Assembly: GCF_036588685.1 (NCBI RefSeq) | Contig: NC_086378.1 | Span: 64,976,001 to 65,040,000 of the forward strand | Reading direction: 5' to 3' | Origin: Mytilus trossulus | Taxonomy: Eukaryota | DNA: 64,000 nt | Shown here: piece by piece, positions 27,214-41,790 of the stretch | How positions within the stretch are numbered: position 1 is the first letter of the stretch | Layout: the number at the start of each line of letters is the position of its first letter | The notes under the pieces: model-generated | What the model was told of the DNA's origin: nothing | The model's database searches: none | What the model saw: only the letters and a program-made list of their open reading frames with translations | Program-made: the position numbers and the translations under genes

Positions 27214-29167
27214 GAATGTATAACATAATTTGAATTTGCCAAAATGCTGTAGATCTTTATCTCACATATTCGTTTTAAAAATTGTTAAGTGCTAAGAAAA
27301 CTAGTGGAATCTAAGTAACGTGTGGTACCTTGCAATTGCTTACGAGACTTTAGGTATTCCTGAATATTTATCGTTTCTGTTTTTCTGTTTTACTATTTTG
27401 TACTCTTAAATTAGATATGTAACGGAAATAATAGTAACTTCACAGAAATTATTCATTGCGTATATAATTTAAATCTTATATTTTCGGTAGACAACAAATA
27501 TTCACTAGCTGTATATTAATATATGAAATTACTTGTAATGAAAAACAATGTTTTGTTAAATAATAAAAATGATGAAGATAATGTTGACATTTGTTGAATT
27601 TCAATAATAAACAGTTAAGTCTTGCTCAAAATTGTAAATGAAGTAACAGATCAATGAGCTTTTAAACTGAGTTAAATTGTAATACCGGTCGCTGGAGCAA
27701 AACATGCGTAAATTGTGGAAGAGCATATAGTGGACGAGCATATTGAAGCGTTGTTACGATTCGTATATTATCGTGCTATCATGCACCTTGACGTACAAAA
27801 ATTCTTGTAATAAATGAACATGTATCCTGTATATATGAGATAAGTTTTAGTTTGCGATAACACCGGGTAGGTTTAGTTAAACGATCTTGACTGGCTATTA
27901 GTCGGCATTCTCTTACGCCTTTTAATATACTCTAGCGTTAAATCAAGTCTGTTAAGACTGTTTTGGAAAAATCTAGACCAATCATAAAAAGTAACGTCAG
28001 ATCGGGTCAAGATCCGTTTAGTGTGTCAGAATGATATTAGGAGTTACGCCCTTTCATGTGGATGATACTGTAACATTCATTGTATTATAAATGCTAAAAT
28101 AAAAAAGTATATTATTTTTAATTATGAAACATCAAAATTAATCATTCGTTGATATTATTTAAAAAAAAAAAGGAATTGAAATTTGTAAACGTAACACTAA
28201 TAAAAGAGTAACAACAACATCTAATAAATTTCATACGTCTAATTCACGTTTCTGGATTTTACTTCATCAGGAACGATCAATAACGCAAAATACAAATATT
28301 TTATATGTAAGATCATTTATATAGTTGATTTCGTTATCCTCTTTAGGCCGCATCAGGGAACCGTGTCTTCGTTTGAACTAAGCTTCTGAAACTGCTCTTA
28401 GGCCGTGAAGTGAGAGAGATAAAACTATAATAAAAACAGAAATGAAGGACCCCGTCAAGATCCTCATAGATTTAAACAACACATATGTATGACCTAAATT
28501 TAAGTGTAGCATTGAGTATATGTCTTAGTCTCTTAGTACATTTGTTTGTAAATGCGCTTATCCTATCTTTCATTTGAATAAAAAAAATATTTAATATAAA
28601 TATGTATTTATTTGTTTGTTCAGATTGCACTTTTATAAATAATTCTTCTTCGTCTTCTACCTCTAAACTGTAAAATTAGCGTATGTGTGCGTTAAATATA
28701 CGGTCTATAAAGATTTAGTTCGATGGCACTTGTTAATAATCTAAAGGTAATAAAATGAACGATCCATAAAATAACGTGGCAATTACAATGGCTATTTCAC
28801 AGTGATATCATGGTTACGTTCACTCGTAATGGTATCATACATGTACCTCCGTATGTGGTGTATAAGGTTCTAAATCATGTTTTTATAGCTTCTTTCAAAC
28901 ACTATTGACGACGTTGTTCAAACTACATGTACATATCACAAAACCGCAAATTTAATATAGTTAAAAAGATTATACGATATTAAAAATGCATTTTTTTCTA
29001 TCAAAAATGTAGGGTCGTGTATTTGTAACTCTAAGTGTTTACCTAAAATGTATTGAATTGAAAAAGAATAGATCTGTTCTCAAATATTAGACAAAAGAAA
29101 CATTTTCCGAAAAAAAAATCCACATAATAACGTTTTGTCCTTTAATTCTTTTTTGGGGTGTCCGTTA

Positions 29168-31567
29168 AAATACCGCAAAAGTCCCCCTTAGTGCACTAAG
29201 AACAAAAAAATACACTTAATGACCTGATGGAATGATTCAATTGACACAAAAGACATTGCATATATAAGTCAACGTTTTAAAAATAAACAATTTCAAATTT
29301 TATAATCACATTTTAGAAAGTTATTTTATATTTTATCGACACGCGCCACACTCAGTTGACAGTAATATATAGAAATTCATGTTCGTTCAACCTTGACCCG
29401 TTTTGAATACACTTGTATACTTATTAAGAATGTATATATTTTGTTATTTCGTGTTGTTTTTGTTTTTTTTTATGGTATAGTTATTACTGCAATATCTATT
29501 TTGCTTTTCTAACTGTTATAGTTTTTACTTCTATGTAAGAGTGTATTTTCTTCTTATTTTTGTTTCTTTTAATTTCGTTTGCTTGTTCCGTAAGTTCACT
29601 TTTTTAAGTTCTGTAGAAATGTTTCATAAAGATATTTTGAAATAGTAAAAAATGTATAGAGATTTTATTTTAACCAACACATACTGATATAATAGAAGAT
29701 ATAAACATATTTCGCAAAGTATAATAGTCTATTACATTTTTGTTGAGCCTTCCGACTTTTGTTGCAATAGCTATGATCTACAAACCACAAAACATTACTC
29801 TGTGTGTAAAGTGTTTGAAACTTTAATTACTTTCTTAACTATCCTGGATTTCTAATAAACTAGGACAGAAGCTTGTTTATGATTAAGATAGCTTAAAAAA
29901 AATGTTTATCCGTATTTTTATTTATAACTGATTTTTTTGGTTTTCAAGTTCTGTAAGCTGATATACATGCACTCTGTTTAGAGTTTAAAAAAAAAACACA
30001 TTTCCCAGTCGGGGCCTTTTAGAGATCGGTCGACTATATGGAAGGGGTTTTCTCGTTAATGAAGGCCGGATTGTTGCCTATAATTGCTTATATCCACTTC
30101 AGTTTAGGAGGTTGAGCGTACACACACATGCATGCTTATCACGCCATCTTCTTTCTGTGAAAATTCCAAGTCAGTGACTTGTAGTTCAGTGGTTTCCGTT
30201 GGTTCATGTCTTGCATATTATTTTATTTTTGTTTTTGTAAATTGTTGTTTTTTTCTAGATAAGGCCGTTAGTTTTCCAATTTAATTGTTCAAAATTTGTT
30301 TATGTTGGGACCTTTTATATATATATATATACCCTATTATAAGGTATGCTCGCCTAATATAGCTTATATGTGTACATCCAATTAATTTGATGGATAGTTG
30401 TATAATTGCAAATCATATCACTTCTCCTTAATTTTTTTTTATTGAAAATGGGCTTTGATAAGTTGGACAAGCGATTGTACAGGAAAGGCCCAAGTGATAG
30501 TACAGTAAACTCGCAAACGATTGTACAGTCAATTAATTTATCCGATATTGAAAAAAATATTATTTGTGAATCCCTACTGGTGCAATGGCTTTTAAACTTT
30601 TAGACAGGTAAGACCTTACAACAGAAATAGTACTTTTAAAATTTCTGGACTCAACGATGTGTATTTCAATGATTATTGACATTTTTATCGCTGTTGTGTG
30701 ACAGTTCTGATCGATATATTAAAAGCTCCTCCATTCGTGGAAAAACGTGTGTATGCATACGTCGTTTATTATTTGATTGGTTCATATATACATATAGAAT
30801 GTTTTGAATGTATAGAAGAAACGTTATATAGAATCATTTGATTCATCATTGGAAAACTTTCCATGTTGCAACTTGTTATATTTTCGAATGTCGAAAATGT
30901 AGAAACCGTACAGTTCCGTTCCCACACAATATAATAATAATGTAATCGGGTTTTTAAGATCCCCACGGATGCCACATTTTCCCATCTTCATCTCTATCAA
31001 TCTCTTATGAAAGTATGTACAAATGTAAACTCCTGTGTTGTTAAGAAGGACATGAAATATCGGAAGATTTTTTTTCCTCAAATTATAATCAATCAAAATT
31101 TCCTTCTTAAAAGTAATCTTACAATTTCCCTTAAAACAAAATAAAAACTCTGACACCCACACAAAATCATTTTTTTAAATTATTCTTTCATCAAGTTGAA
31201 AATAAACTACGCTAAATCATTAAGTTTATTCTACAACTATCATAAACTTATCAATTAGTAACGATCAAATGACCATTGTTTATTGGATAAGGTTGACTGA
31301 ACATTAATGCTTGGGAGTTTGCAATAAGCCTTCGGTCACGTGCCTGGCACATGGGATGCGCTGATAAAAAAGTAAGTCAATTTCAAAATTATGATATATA
31401 TATTGATACCCAAATTTATATTTATGAGTTATATACTTATATCTTCTCATATCCATGTTTGTGGTCTAATAACATCGTGTTAATGTCCTTAGTGCAAAAA
31501 CTTTGTTCTTAATGCACCAATGATTTGTATAGTCCTTCAGTGCACTAAGAAGTCCTTTGTGGTATTT
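29168..31567. mobile_element. Possible old TIR element nested in the CACTA-ended element
   Basis: AAATACCGCAAAAG...TTAGTGCACTAAG at 29168-29200 is an imperfect inverted match to CAGTGCACTAAGAAGTCCTTTGTGGTATTT at 31538-31567. Confidence 0.35.
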
Positions 31568-31825
31568 CTACACATCGTACAAAATTTGGCTGTGATCAAA
31601 ATGTTAAAAAAAAATTACCCATTTATTATAACAATTTTCTAATGTTTAAGATTAAATTATGCAAGAAAAAGTGTCTTTGTTTTCTGTCAAAATGATTTTT
31701 TTGACATAAAGTTGTCGATAAATAAATTGGATACCCTGCATTTCAATAGCATATTATCAAATTGCTGAAAGATCACCTACATTTTCTTAACAGGGAATCC
31801 GTTATTAATGAAACCCCCTGTCCTT

Positions 31826-32258
31826 TAGGGTGAATGGGGTATAGAAATATGGTCACTTGGTCTTCTCCCGACCGGCAGTAAAACGCTTGCCGAAATGGGG
31901 CGTCCGTTTGGCTGTGCGGGATGTATCAAGTTCGCAGTCACGTCCGGTCAGAAGGGGGATGTGAAATCCGATGCCTCGTGTAAAGAGACTGCAACGCTCT
32001 TTGCACGTTAAGAACCCTTGCAACAACTCTTTTGAGGGGTCCGTAGGTGGCCTGTTGCAAGGCAAAATTTCTGTTCCTATACAAGGTAACCTCATTTTCC
32101 AGTGGCAGTCCAAATTTCCCTGACCATCATCCCAGATGGCCTCTATCGTATCAACCTACCTAGTGTATTTATTGTGAACTTGTTCTCGTCCTGAATATGC
32201 ATGAAATATTTGCGACTGGACGTTAAGCAACAAACAATCAATCAATCATTCAATCAAT
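31826..32258 (+). mobile_element. SINE (Nin/Deu-domain-like), 5' truncated
   Basis: TSD CCCTGTCCTT (31816-31825 / 32259-32268), (CAAT)n tail, TGCACGTTAAGAACCC core, and GC-rich relative to flanks. Confidence 0.75.
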
Positions 32259-34794
32259 CCCTGTCCTTAATAATTCAATTTGTCGTTCTGCATTATTTTG
32301 GCGTAAGAAAGACGCACACATTCAGGCTAACGCCCTTAAACTGTATAGAATATAGATATAGGAAGATGTGGTGTGGGTGTCAATGAGACAATTCTCCATC
32401 CAAATTACAATTAATGAAAGTAAACCATTGTAGGCTTATGTACGGCCTTCAACACGGAGCCTAGGCTCGCAACGAACAACAAGCTATACAGGGCCCCCAA
32501 ATTACTAGTGTAAAACCATTCAAACGGGAAAACCAACGGTTTAATAGTTTTGTATTCTATATAAATTCCCAGATAGGTTTCTTCATTCGTGTCCCTTACA
32601 CCCACACCAATAAGCTGTGATTTCTGTGTGAATAAATATTTTTAAAGTTTCAAATGAAGTGCATGGATGTAAGTAATGATAGGCAACCGCAATGCCTTCA
32701 ACAATGAGAAGAATACATAACGTTTAATCGGCTTTAAATTGTCCCGCTTGATGATTATACGTTGTTGTTTCCTATAGAGAAATAAATTATCGATTTAAAT
32801 TATTTTTTACATCATAAAAAAGGGTACAATATCATAAAATCAATTTTGTGAAAAACGATGAAAATTTATTGACCCCAATATAAATTTGAACCCCTCTTAA
32901 TCTTTCCCTTGTTAACGAGCACAAAATTCAAGGATCCCTAATTTTTTTAACTGTCTTTATGAAAGTTAGCACCGACGGTTAGCTTTACACTAGTAAGTTT
33001 GTCTTAAAGATAATTGGCTTTGTGTTATAACTGTCGTTACGTTGCTGTCTTGCGGACGAATACCCGAAATCTCTGTGTCATCAGCAATCATACAGAAATG
33101 ACTTTATATCGGGTTATTTGGTTATTTAATACTCTGTTCTTTGCATAGAAATAATTCTTCGTTAATCCAGAGACATATATATGTCTCTGGTTAATCTGAG
33201 CATTGAAAGAATACTTCATATCACAAGCTATAAATATGGATACAAAAAAAATCTAAGCGAAATTGATAATACCGCAAAGCATGAATAAATGTGTTGTATT
33301 TCAGTAAATAACACTTGTTTTCGTTTGATGTAAACATGTTTTAGCCCATCATGCATTGTTTCTTGTTTAGTGGATTGGTAAAAAAAGCGCCCAAAAAAAA
33401 AGAGTTCAAAATAAATTACGTCACACGTTAATACATTATAACAAATGCTCGGACATACGTATGGTAATTCATGCATATCCTAAAAGGTCGTGTTCTCGAT
33501 CTGTTAAAACGGAAATGACACGGCCGGGTATTGTAAAGGTTTGAGGGACTTTTAATGTCAAATTCATATCCCTGGGCAACGAAATTATCGATTTGTTAAA
33601 AAAACACCGTGTTTACGCTGGTGTCTTCCTCGAATGCCAACATTTTATATGTTACCTATTCCTTGAATGCCAACACAAATATTTCTGTTTTTATAAGTAT
33701 TTAACTTTAAAAAATAATTAGTGAACTTGATGAAATTGTAACATTAATTTTTATCCCATTTTGATAAGAAAAGTAGCAAAATTTAAGGGTTAAATAATTA
33801 TGAATATAAAGATAGAAAGAAAATGATTAATAAATAAATTTGGGAATGAACAAGTTTTATTAACATAAGACATATATATAAATATAACATTTATATTTAG
33901 TTAAATATAATTATTTCAAACTAAAAGAGGATATTAGAGATTTATTTTGTTCCATATTATTATAAATATTTATTTGTTAAGTATATATACATGAATTATA
34001 TGAATATTTCCATAAAATAGGGTACTAACAAGAATTTAGTCTATAGCGGATTGATTTTTTTAGTTAGCTGTCAGTAACTGCAAGTTTTCTCAGAGGATGT
34101 ACTTTACAAGTGTTTTTTGTTTGTTTGGATATACAAGAACCTGACCACGTCTATTCTGTGTAGTATTTCTATTTATTTACATCTGATGAGTTAAACCGGT
34201 TTCATCTGATTTGTATAGTTAGTTCCACTATGTGGTATGGGCTTTGCTCATAGTTGAAGACTGTACGGTGGCCTATACTTGTGAATTTCTGTGTCATTTG
34301 GTCTCTTGTGGAAATTTGTCTCGATTCCAATCAAACTACATTACTTTGTTTTATAAGAACACCGATGATTTGCGAACACGATAAACCCCTTACCAGTATC
34401 ATTTCATGAATCACTTGCAAAAAAGTGTGTAGTATTATTACCAAGAAAAATATCCTGAACAAACTGAACATAATACATCAATAGTATTCTAACACGAGAT
34501 ACAAAGTTTCAAGAAATTTAATCAAGTAATATGGTAGGATGCTACAGCACACACAACTATAGAAATATTGAAAAAAACCTTCAAAGTCCAAAGAGGCTTC
34601 ACATTTGTGTAAACTGGAATTTCTCACAATATGCACATGTGATGCAACACTTTTCAAGGTTTCATTTTAAGAGAATCCATATTCGTTCAAGTAGTATCAT
34701 CAGAAACAAAATTCAACAACGTAACAAACATGAATTAGATTTTAACTATCTGTTTAATTATGCCTCGTAATTATGTTCGAATTCAATTCGAATT

Positions 34795-35125
34795 AAATAA
34801 AATTGAGAATGGAAATGGGGAATGTGTCAAAGAGACAACAACCCGACCAAATAAAAAAAAACAACAGCAAAAGGTCACCAACAGGTCTTCAATGTAGCGA
34901 GAAATTCCCGCACCCGGAGGCGTCCTTTAGCTGGCCCCTAAAAAACAGATATATACTAGTTCAGTGATAATGAACGCCATACTAATTTCCAAATTGTACA
35001 CAAGAAACTAAAATTAAAATAATACAAGACTAAGAAAGGCAAGAGGCTCCTGACTTGGGACAGGCGCAAAAATGCGGCGGGGTTAAACATGTTTGTGAGA
35101 TCTCAACCCTCCCCCTATACCTCTA
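34795..35125 (-). repeat. Dispersed copy of the 3' end of the Penelope-like element at 45197-46110
   Basis: Direct match to 45197-45530 (GAATGTGTCAAAGAGACAACAACCCGACC...GACTTGGGACAGGCG). Confidence 0.85.
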
Positions 35126-35997
35126 AATGTCCATTTTTGATAAGCATGCTCTCGTGTTGTGATAACTTTTTGCACCTATTCCTCGAAAGCCAACATTATT
35201 TATAGGTAAATTGTCGGTAGATCAAAGGATGTTGGCATTCAAGGAATAAACCTATACGCTGACTTATAAAAGTGTTTTAATCTTTCATGCTGTCTAGTCT
35301 GAGCAATGTTTGTAGGACGTTATAAATAAAAAAGGAAAACCGTCAAAACATTATGTGAACGGAAAATACATGGGCTTTGCATACGTGTCTCAAACGATTT
35401 AGAAAATCTAGAATATGTGTGAATAATGAATATTTATATTATTTAGACTTTAATATTGTTGTTTTTTGAATATTGTATCTACAAGTTCATGACGATTTAG
35501 AGCTTGGCATTTCGTGTAGACACATGTTTCTTGTTGAAGACTAAACATGCGGTCTTGATTTACCTATAGTGTTTTTGTCGTTTGGTTGCCGTCAAATTGA
35601 ATTATATCCCATATCTCTTATATTATGAGCTTTAAAATCAGCTTATAAGAATTCATTATTGAAAGGTTTATTTGCAATTCTATATGAATATGCCGTAATA
35701 TATTTATCGGTGTGAGCTGTACCACATACTTATATATGAACTTTATTAATTTCGATCTAAAAAAAGTTCCTAGATATTTTAAAAAGTCTTAATAAATTCC
35801 AATGATCACAAATCTAATCTAAATCCACTTTTTTCGTGATTCTAACATACGTTGTTCCTTTTTTTTTGGTTTATTTTTGTAGTAATTTGCTAGTCAGTCA
35901 GATTCGGATTCCGGGTGACATTGCGTACGCTTTGTCCTTTGATTTGAAAATACATAATTTTAGCATTATTTTTTTTTTTATCTTTGCTACGCTCGAT

Positions 35998-38900
35998 AGT
36001 TTAAGTTTAAACATATTTTATTGTCCAAAAACATTGACAATAGGATTAGACACAAGTTTTGCAACTTATAACGTATTCTCCATTACATACAAATAATAAA
36101 TAACCGAACAAAAATGAAATACATAATAATAACATCATAAACAATATTAATATGAAGACATGAAACTAACGAGAATTTAAACGACATGACTCATCTATTT
36201 CTAAAAGTCGAGTTGTCCGTAAATTTTTATGATAGACCTACCTGGTAGGTTGTATTAATCTTGGAATAAATATTCCCTCAAAAGGTAAGTGTTTACTGTA
36301 TTTTAAACAAATAAGTTAAATTGTTGTTGTCAACTGATGAATTATATACTAAAATCAAATTGATGATCCATGTCTTAGGAAAAAATGAACAATTTCATTC
36401 GAGGTCAACAAAAAGTAATAATATTGTTATTGGTATATATTTAACCATAATGTCTATAAACTATGAAAAGCGATTGGTCTCTTTAATATAATTCTGCACT
36501 TTTATAAAAATTACCCTGTTTATGTTAAAAGTAAACAAAGCATTGCCGTACATTACATTTTCAAAGTCAGTAGGTATATTTTCTTTTCTAAGTTCAAAAA
36601 ATAAGGTATTCCTTTGCACTTTATAATTTTTACACGAGAGGAAATAATGTTGGTCATTTTCGTACAAATAACCACATTGACATATTGCGTTAGTTTTAAT
36701 ATTAGCGTGATACAGATCCATGTTCAGGGCACTGCATTTGTTCCTTAATCTTGCGTGTTAAACATTTAAATATCTATCGCCAATATTGAAATATGTAGGG
36801 GGTGATTTGTTTTTATAATATTTCTGTTTAATTTTCAATTTAAACATATTTAAAGAAAGTTCATTTCTAACACTTAAATCAAGCGAATTCCACAGTTTGA
36901 TACTAGATGGAATAAATGATTCCTGATAAAGAGACAGTCTGCTAGAGGTTTGGTATATATTTTGACTGCTTCGTAGATTGTAATTGTTTGTTTCTGCAAC
37001 TGTAGGGGGTATTAAATCTAATAAATATTCTGGAGCATCCTCTTTCATAATTTTGTAAAATAAAGTTAATTTCTTAACTTCCCGTCTAATCCTTAATGTT
37101 TCCCATCCCGTCTCTAAATAAAGTGATTGAGTGCTAGCATAGCTTGTTAGACCAGTGACAATACGTGCTGCTTCCAGTTGTAATTTTTCTAATCTTTCAG
37201 AATTCAACTGTCCGCAATTATCCCAAACTTCAGAAGAATATTCTAGAACAGGCCTTATAAAAGTTAAATATATTTTTTCTAAATATTCCCTTTTTAGTCG
37301 GAATTTCAAACGTCGAAGAACATTTAATTGTTTTGATACCTTTTCTATTAAAGAATCGACATGCTTGGTCCACTTCAAATACAATCACTGCTAAAAAATA
37401 TGCCTAAATGTTTATGACTAGTAACTGTATCTACCTGAACTCCGCCAAAATTAAAAATCAAGTTATTTTTTGAATTTTTGTTACTAAATAACATGATATT
37501 AGTTTTATTTGGATTGAATTTAACTAGCCAATCATTTGCCCAGGAATTAATATTTTGTAGATCGATATTTATCATAGATTGGAGAGTAGTTACATCTGGA
37601 GCAGTATGTCCAATAGATGTATCGTCTGCAAACATTCTACTTAATCCAATCATATCATCTGCAATGTCATTAATAAATATTAGAAATAAAAGAGGACCCA
37701 GTACCGAACCCTGTGGAACACCAGCTTTAAGATTACCTAATTCTGAAGTCGCATCTTTTAATACTACCCTCTGAGTTCTATTTGTTAAGTAACTTTCAAT
37801 CCATAATAACAGATTGCCTTTTATACCATATCTTTCTAACTTAAGAAGTAGACCCCTTATCCATACTCGATCGAATGCCTTGCTTACATCGGCAAAAGTT
37901 AAACTTGTATAGAATTTATTGTCTAAAGCATATACGATAGAATGATACATCTCAATTACTAGTAGTTGATGAAAAGTAGAGCAGCCGGGTAGGAAACCAG
38001 ACTGAAATTTATACAAAAGTTTATTAGAAACTAAATGATTGAATATATGTTTATATATTGTTTTTTTCTAGTACCTTGCTCACGCAAGAAAGAAGTGATA
38101 CTGGTCTATAATTACACGGCATTGACTTATCTCCATTTTTAAATAAAGGAATAACATATGCCAATTTCCAATCTTTAGGAAATATATTTTGAGAGAGCGA
38201 TGATTAAAAAGAATACATAAGGGAAGTGCAATCTCATTTTTTACTGCTATAAGCATTCTATTACTAATTTTGTCTGGACCAACAGCTTTATTTGGATCTA
38301 AAGTAGAAATAATATCTTTAACATCTTCTAAAGTTACTGTAATTTCAGACAAAATGTTAATACCTCTATCATCGAAGTCGGGCAAATTTTTGTTTTCTTC
38401 ATCTAGACTAGCTATTGAACAAAAATATTTATTTAGAATATCAACTTTTTCTTTTGCATCATAAGAAAATTCATAATTATTACTAGGGTTTTGCATCGGT
38501 GGAATATCATTTGAAGATCTGTCTTCTTTTAATAAGGAGTTTATTATTTTCCAATATACTCTACTATTCGTTTGCTTTAGTTCATTTAAGTTTTCATTAA
38601 TATTATCATAAAAGTTTTGTTTAATTTGTTTCTTTAAATTATTCACTCGATTTCTTTGGTTTTTAAATTTCTTTTCGTTTGTCATGCTTTTATTTTTTAT
38701 AAATATTTTACGAAACCTGTCTCGTTTTCTTATTTCTTTACGGAGGTTTGAATTAAACAAAATTTTATCATTAGATCTAATAATTACTTCTTTTTTCGGA
38801 ATGCAAGATTCTGTCACTTTTAAATTCGTCCGTAAATATATTGCAAGATTCATGGATGCCAATATCGTTCTCTAGTAATTTATTCCATTCAACCTCTGAA

Positions 38901-40144
38901 ACCATCTGTTTCATTAAATTATAATCCCCCCTTTTATAGTCCCATATTGTACGTTTGAAACTCTTCGAGTTGCTGAATCCGCTTCTGACTGTTATATAAG
39001 TACCTTCATGATCACTTATGTCTCTATTGATAGGTATAATACTCGAGTCAATAAATTGAATGGAATCAGTTATCAATATTGGGTCTAATAAGGACAACGA
39101 TCCAGTCCGAGAATCAAAATGAGTAGCATCGATAATTGTATTAAATAGACCATTTATACTTAGTAAATCACTGATACAGTTAGGTAGGTCGAGAAGAAAA
39201 TTTTTATTTAGATCACCCAAACAAATAATATGATTAGTTTCGTCTGATGCCCTTTTCAACATCATATCATATAACGACCAAACATTGGACGGTGAAAAAC
39301 GTTCAGGGGCCTGTTTATCGAAACTGTCCTAAGATCGGTCATAAGAATTTCTTAGGACAGAAGTTAGGATAATGTTAGGACCGACTTACGACACGTCTCA
39401 GCATGCACATTGAAGCTATCTTATGAATATCTTAGCTAGGACGTCCTAACTGATGTCCTAAGTATTAGCGGAAAAGAAAATACAAACCAAATATGAAAAA
39501 AACTAATTATGATATAAAAGATGTATTTTATCAATAATTTTATTTTAAATATGGTTAATTAGAATCTAATAACTAATATCATGTAGTTTTAAATTAAAGG
39601 TAATAAATATTTTTTGTAAAATAATTGTACAGTTAAACTGTGTGAAACAAAACATGACACAAAAATAAAAAAAATTACAAACTAACTGTAAACAAGATAT
39701 ATAATACGTAAAAACATGTTTTTGAGTGAGTTGAATTCGAAATGTCACATTATTAAACAGTTCAAATGCAAATCTCGTGCATTATTCATATCATTACGGA
39801 GAAATTCAACTATTTTTATTACTGCTTTAAAAATAATACGCGTGAAAATGAACAAAAGACTAAATTTGAATGTATCCTAAAGTAAGGACCATCCTAAGAC
39901 CATCTTAAGACACCTAAATTGGTATCCTAAAGTTAGGACAATTCCTATGATTTGCGACATGTTTGATAAACCCATTTAGGACTCAGATGTGTCCTAAGTT
40001 GGTCTTAGGACACGTCCTAATCCTAAGAGAGCTTCGATAAACAGGCCCCAGATCGATAAGTTATGTTTATCAGTATCACGTGCAATTTTGTTTTCAACTC
40101 AAACCACATAATTTCTAGACTATCATGCTCCAAATCAATGTTTT
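35998..40144 (-). mobile_element. 5'-truncated non-LTR retrotransposon (CR1/L2-group; APE endonuclease + RT), decayed
   Basis: ORF fragments 38777-39265 (GDLN, LLDPIL, SDH), 38080-38862 (KAVGPDKI), 37375-38016 (QSGF, DVSKAFDRV, GVPQGSVLGPLLF, FADD), 36758-37384 and 36461-36721 (CQCG..E...H....C). 3' AATAAA plus TAAAC-type tail. GCTCGAT flanks both ends (35991-35997 / 40145-40151). Confidence 0.92.
39307..40048. mobile_element. PIF/Harbinger-type MITE inserted in the LINE endonuclease domain
   Basis: TIR GGGCCTGTTTATCGAA / TTCGATAAACAGGCCC with CAG TSD (39304-39306 / 40049-40051). Removing it restores ...NITYRSERFSPSNVW. Sub-terminal CCTAAG/CTTAGG arrays. Confidence 0.9.
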
Positions 40145-40470
40145 GCTCGATGTTTTTGCTTCCGCTGTATCAAAGCTAGTGAATTAGTCAAAATGTCCGT
40201 ACAATGTATAGTAATATTTCTCTTCATGACTTGTTTATTCTTCAATATAAGCGTTGGCTATTTTTATCTGACAATTTCAAATTTGTCTAGAAAGTTCGCT
40301 GTAGTGTTCCATAAATGTCTTAGGGCTTAGTGCACCAAAGCGGCCTGGTTGGGTTTTAGACGTACCGGCAAGTCCCTTGCCCAAAATAGCACAACCGTTT
40401 TTTTTATGATCATTTTTTTTTAATTGCTGGGACTATCATACTAATAGCATAATAGACCCCGTTAAATCTG

Positions 40471-41130
40471 GGGTGGTGTTCTCGAAGCTATCTTAGAGGT
40501 AGTACGTGTCCTAAGTCTATCTTATGACAACTCTTTGTCCTAAGTCGTGTTCTCGAAGCTCTCTTAACTTATGATATATCTCATTTTTCGTCCTAACTTT
40601 AGGACACCCAACAAGGTGTCTTAAGAGCATCCTATCTTCATCCTAGTGTAATAAAGTTTGGATTTCGCTTTTTGCTCATTATTTACGTGAAAATGAACAT
40701 GAAATGAAAAGCACCATCGGTTATTAACTCGTATATAAAGAAAAGGTGAATGATTTTAAACTTTGAACTTCGTGTTTCACGATACGATTATACTAAAAAT
40801 TTAATTCTCTTTTCAAAACAAATTGTTTTCCAGTTTAAATAACAATCTTTTTTTATATAATTACATTGGAAATTATGCAATTTATTCTGTACATGTTATT
40901 ATAAAATTCGTAAATAATTGTATTCAATATTTTCGTCATTTATAAATGTTTTATCAACAAATATCTGTATTTCGATTTAGGATATGTTTATAACGTCCTA
41001 ACATAAGATTCGTCTGAGATAGTTTCGAGACACAACTTAAGATTGTCCTAAGTTGATCTTTAGTCCGTCCTAAAATTGGTCTTAACTATGACTTAGGACG
41101 AATCTTAGGAGACTTTCGAGAACACCACCC
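40471..41130. mobile_element. Second Harbinger-type MITE with CCTAAG/CTTAGG sub-terminal arrays
   Basis: TIR GGGTGGTGTTCTCGAA / TTCGAGAACACCACCC, flanked by CTG and CAG (CWG). Confidence 0.85.
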
Positions 41131-41790
41131 CAGAGCTCTACCGTTAAATAGTAATTATTATTAATGTTATTATTTTATTTTTTACGCTGTCTTAATTTGT
41201 AAATAATTATTAAGTATAATATGTATAGTATAGCGTCGTGTAAGTCATTTTTGGGCTAGACATTGTTTGCTTTATAGTGTATTGAATAATTTTTTATTGC
41301 AATCAATTTATAATTCATTACAAGGAAAACTAAACTAAGTGGACCGTATGTTATCGCATACTAGACAGCTGATTGGATAAATATGATAGGCTGTTACGCC
41401 TACATTGATACTGATGTCCAATCGAATACCAGCAGACACCTGTCAGTAAAAAGAAATTTCAAGCGTGGATAAATTAGAGATTTATTTGTGTATTCGATAT
41501 TTGAAAAATAAGTTAAACTATTCGTTTAATCTTTTTTAGGTGAATTTCAAAAACTGTTTTTTTCACTTTCTTATGGGAAGGTATTTAAATATGAGCGTAC
41601 CACATGTAACGGAATTTTACAAGCATTTTATATAGCGAATTGTGTTTTCCGGAACGTACTATTTTCAATATTTCACAGACCTCTGAAAAAATTAGATCAT
41701 ACAGGTTTCATCTACCATGTGCATAAAAAGCACTATCAAATTTTATTTATAAATTGTAAAAGATTAAGAATATTTTTGTATATGTACTAA

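Noticed and set aside
30569-30606. IPTGAMAFKLLD resembling an LTR-retrotransposon gag motif
   Set aside because: Too short, flanked by stops, with no LTRs or pol nearby.
37155-38875. Plus-strand ORFs overlapping the LINE
   Set aside because: They are antisense shadows of the RT frame.
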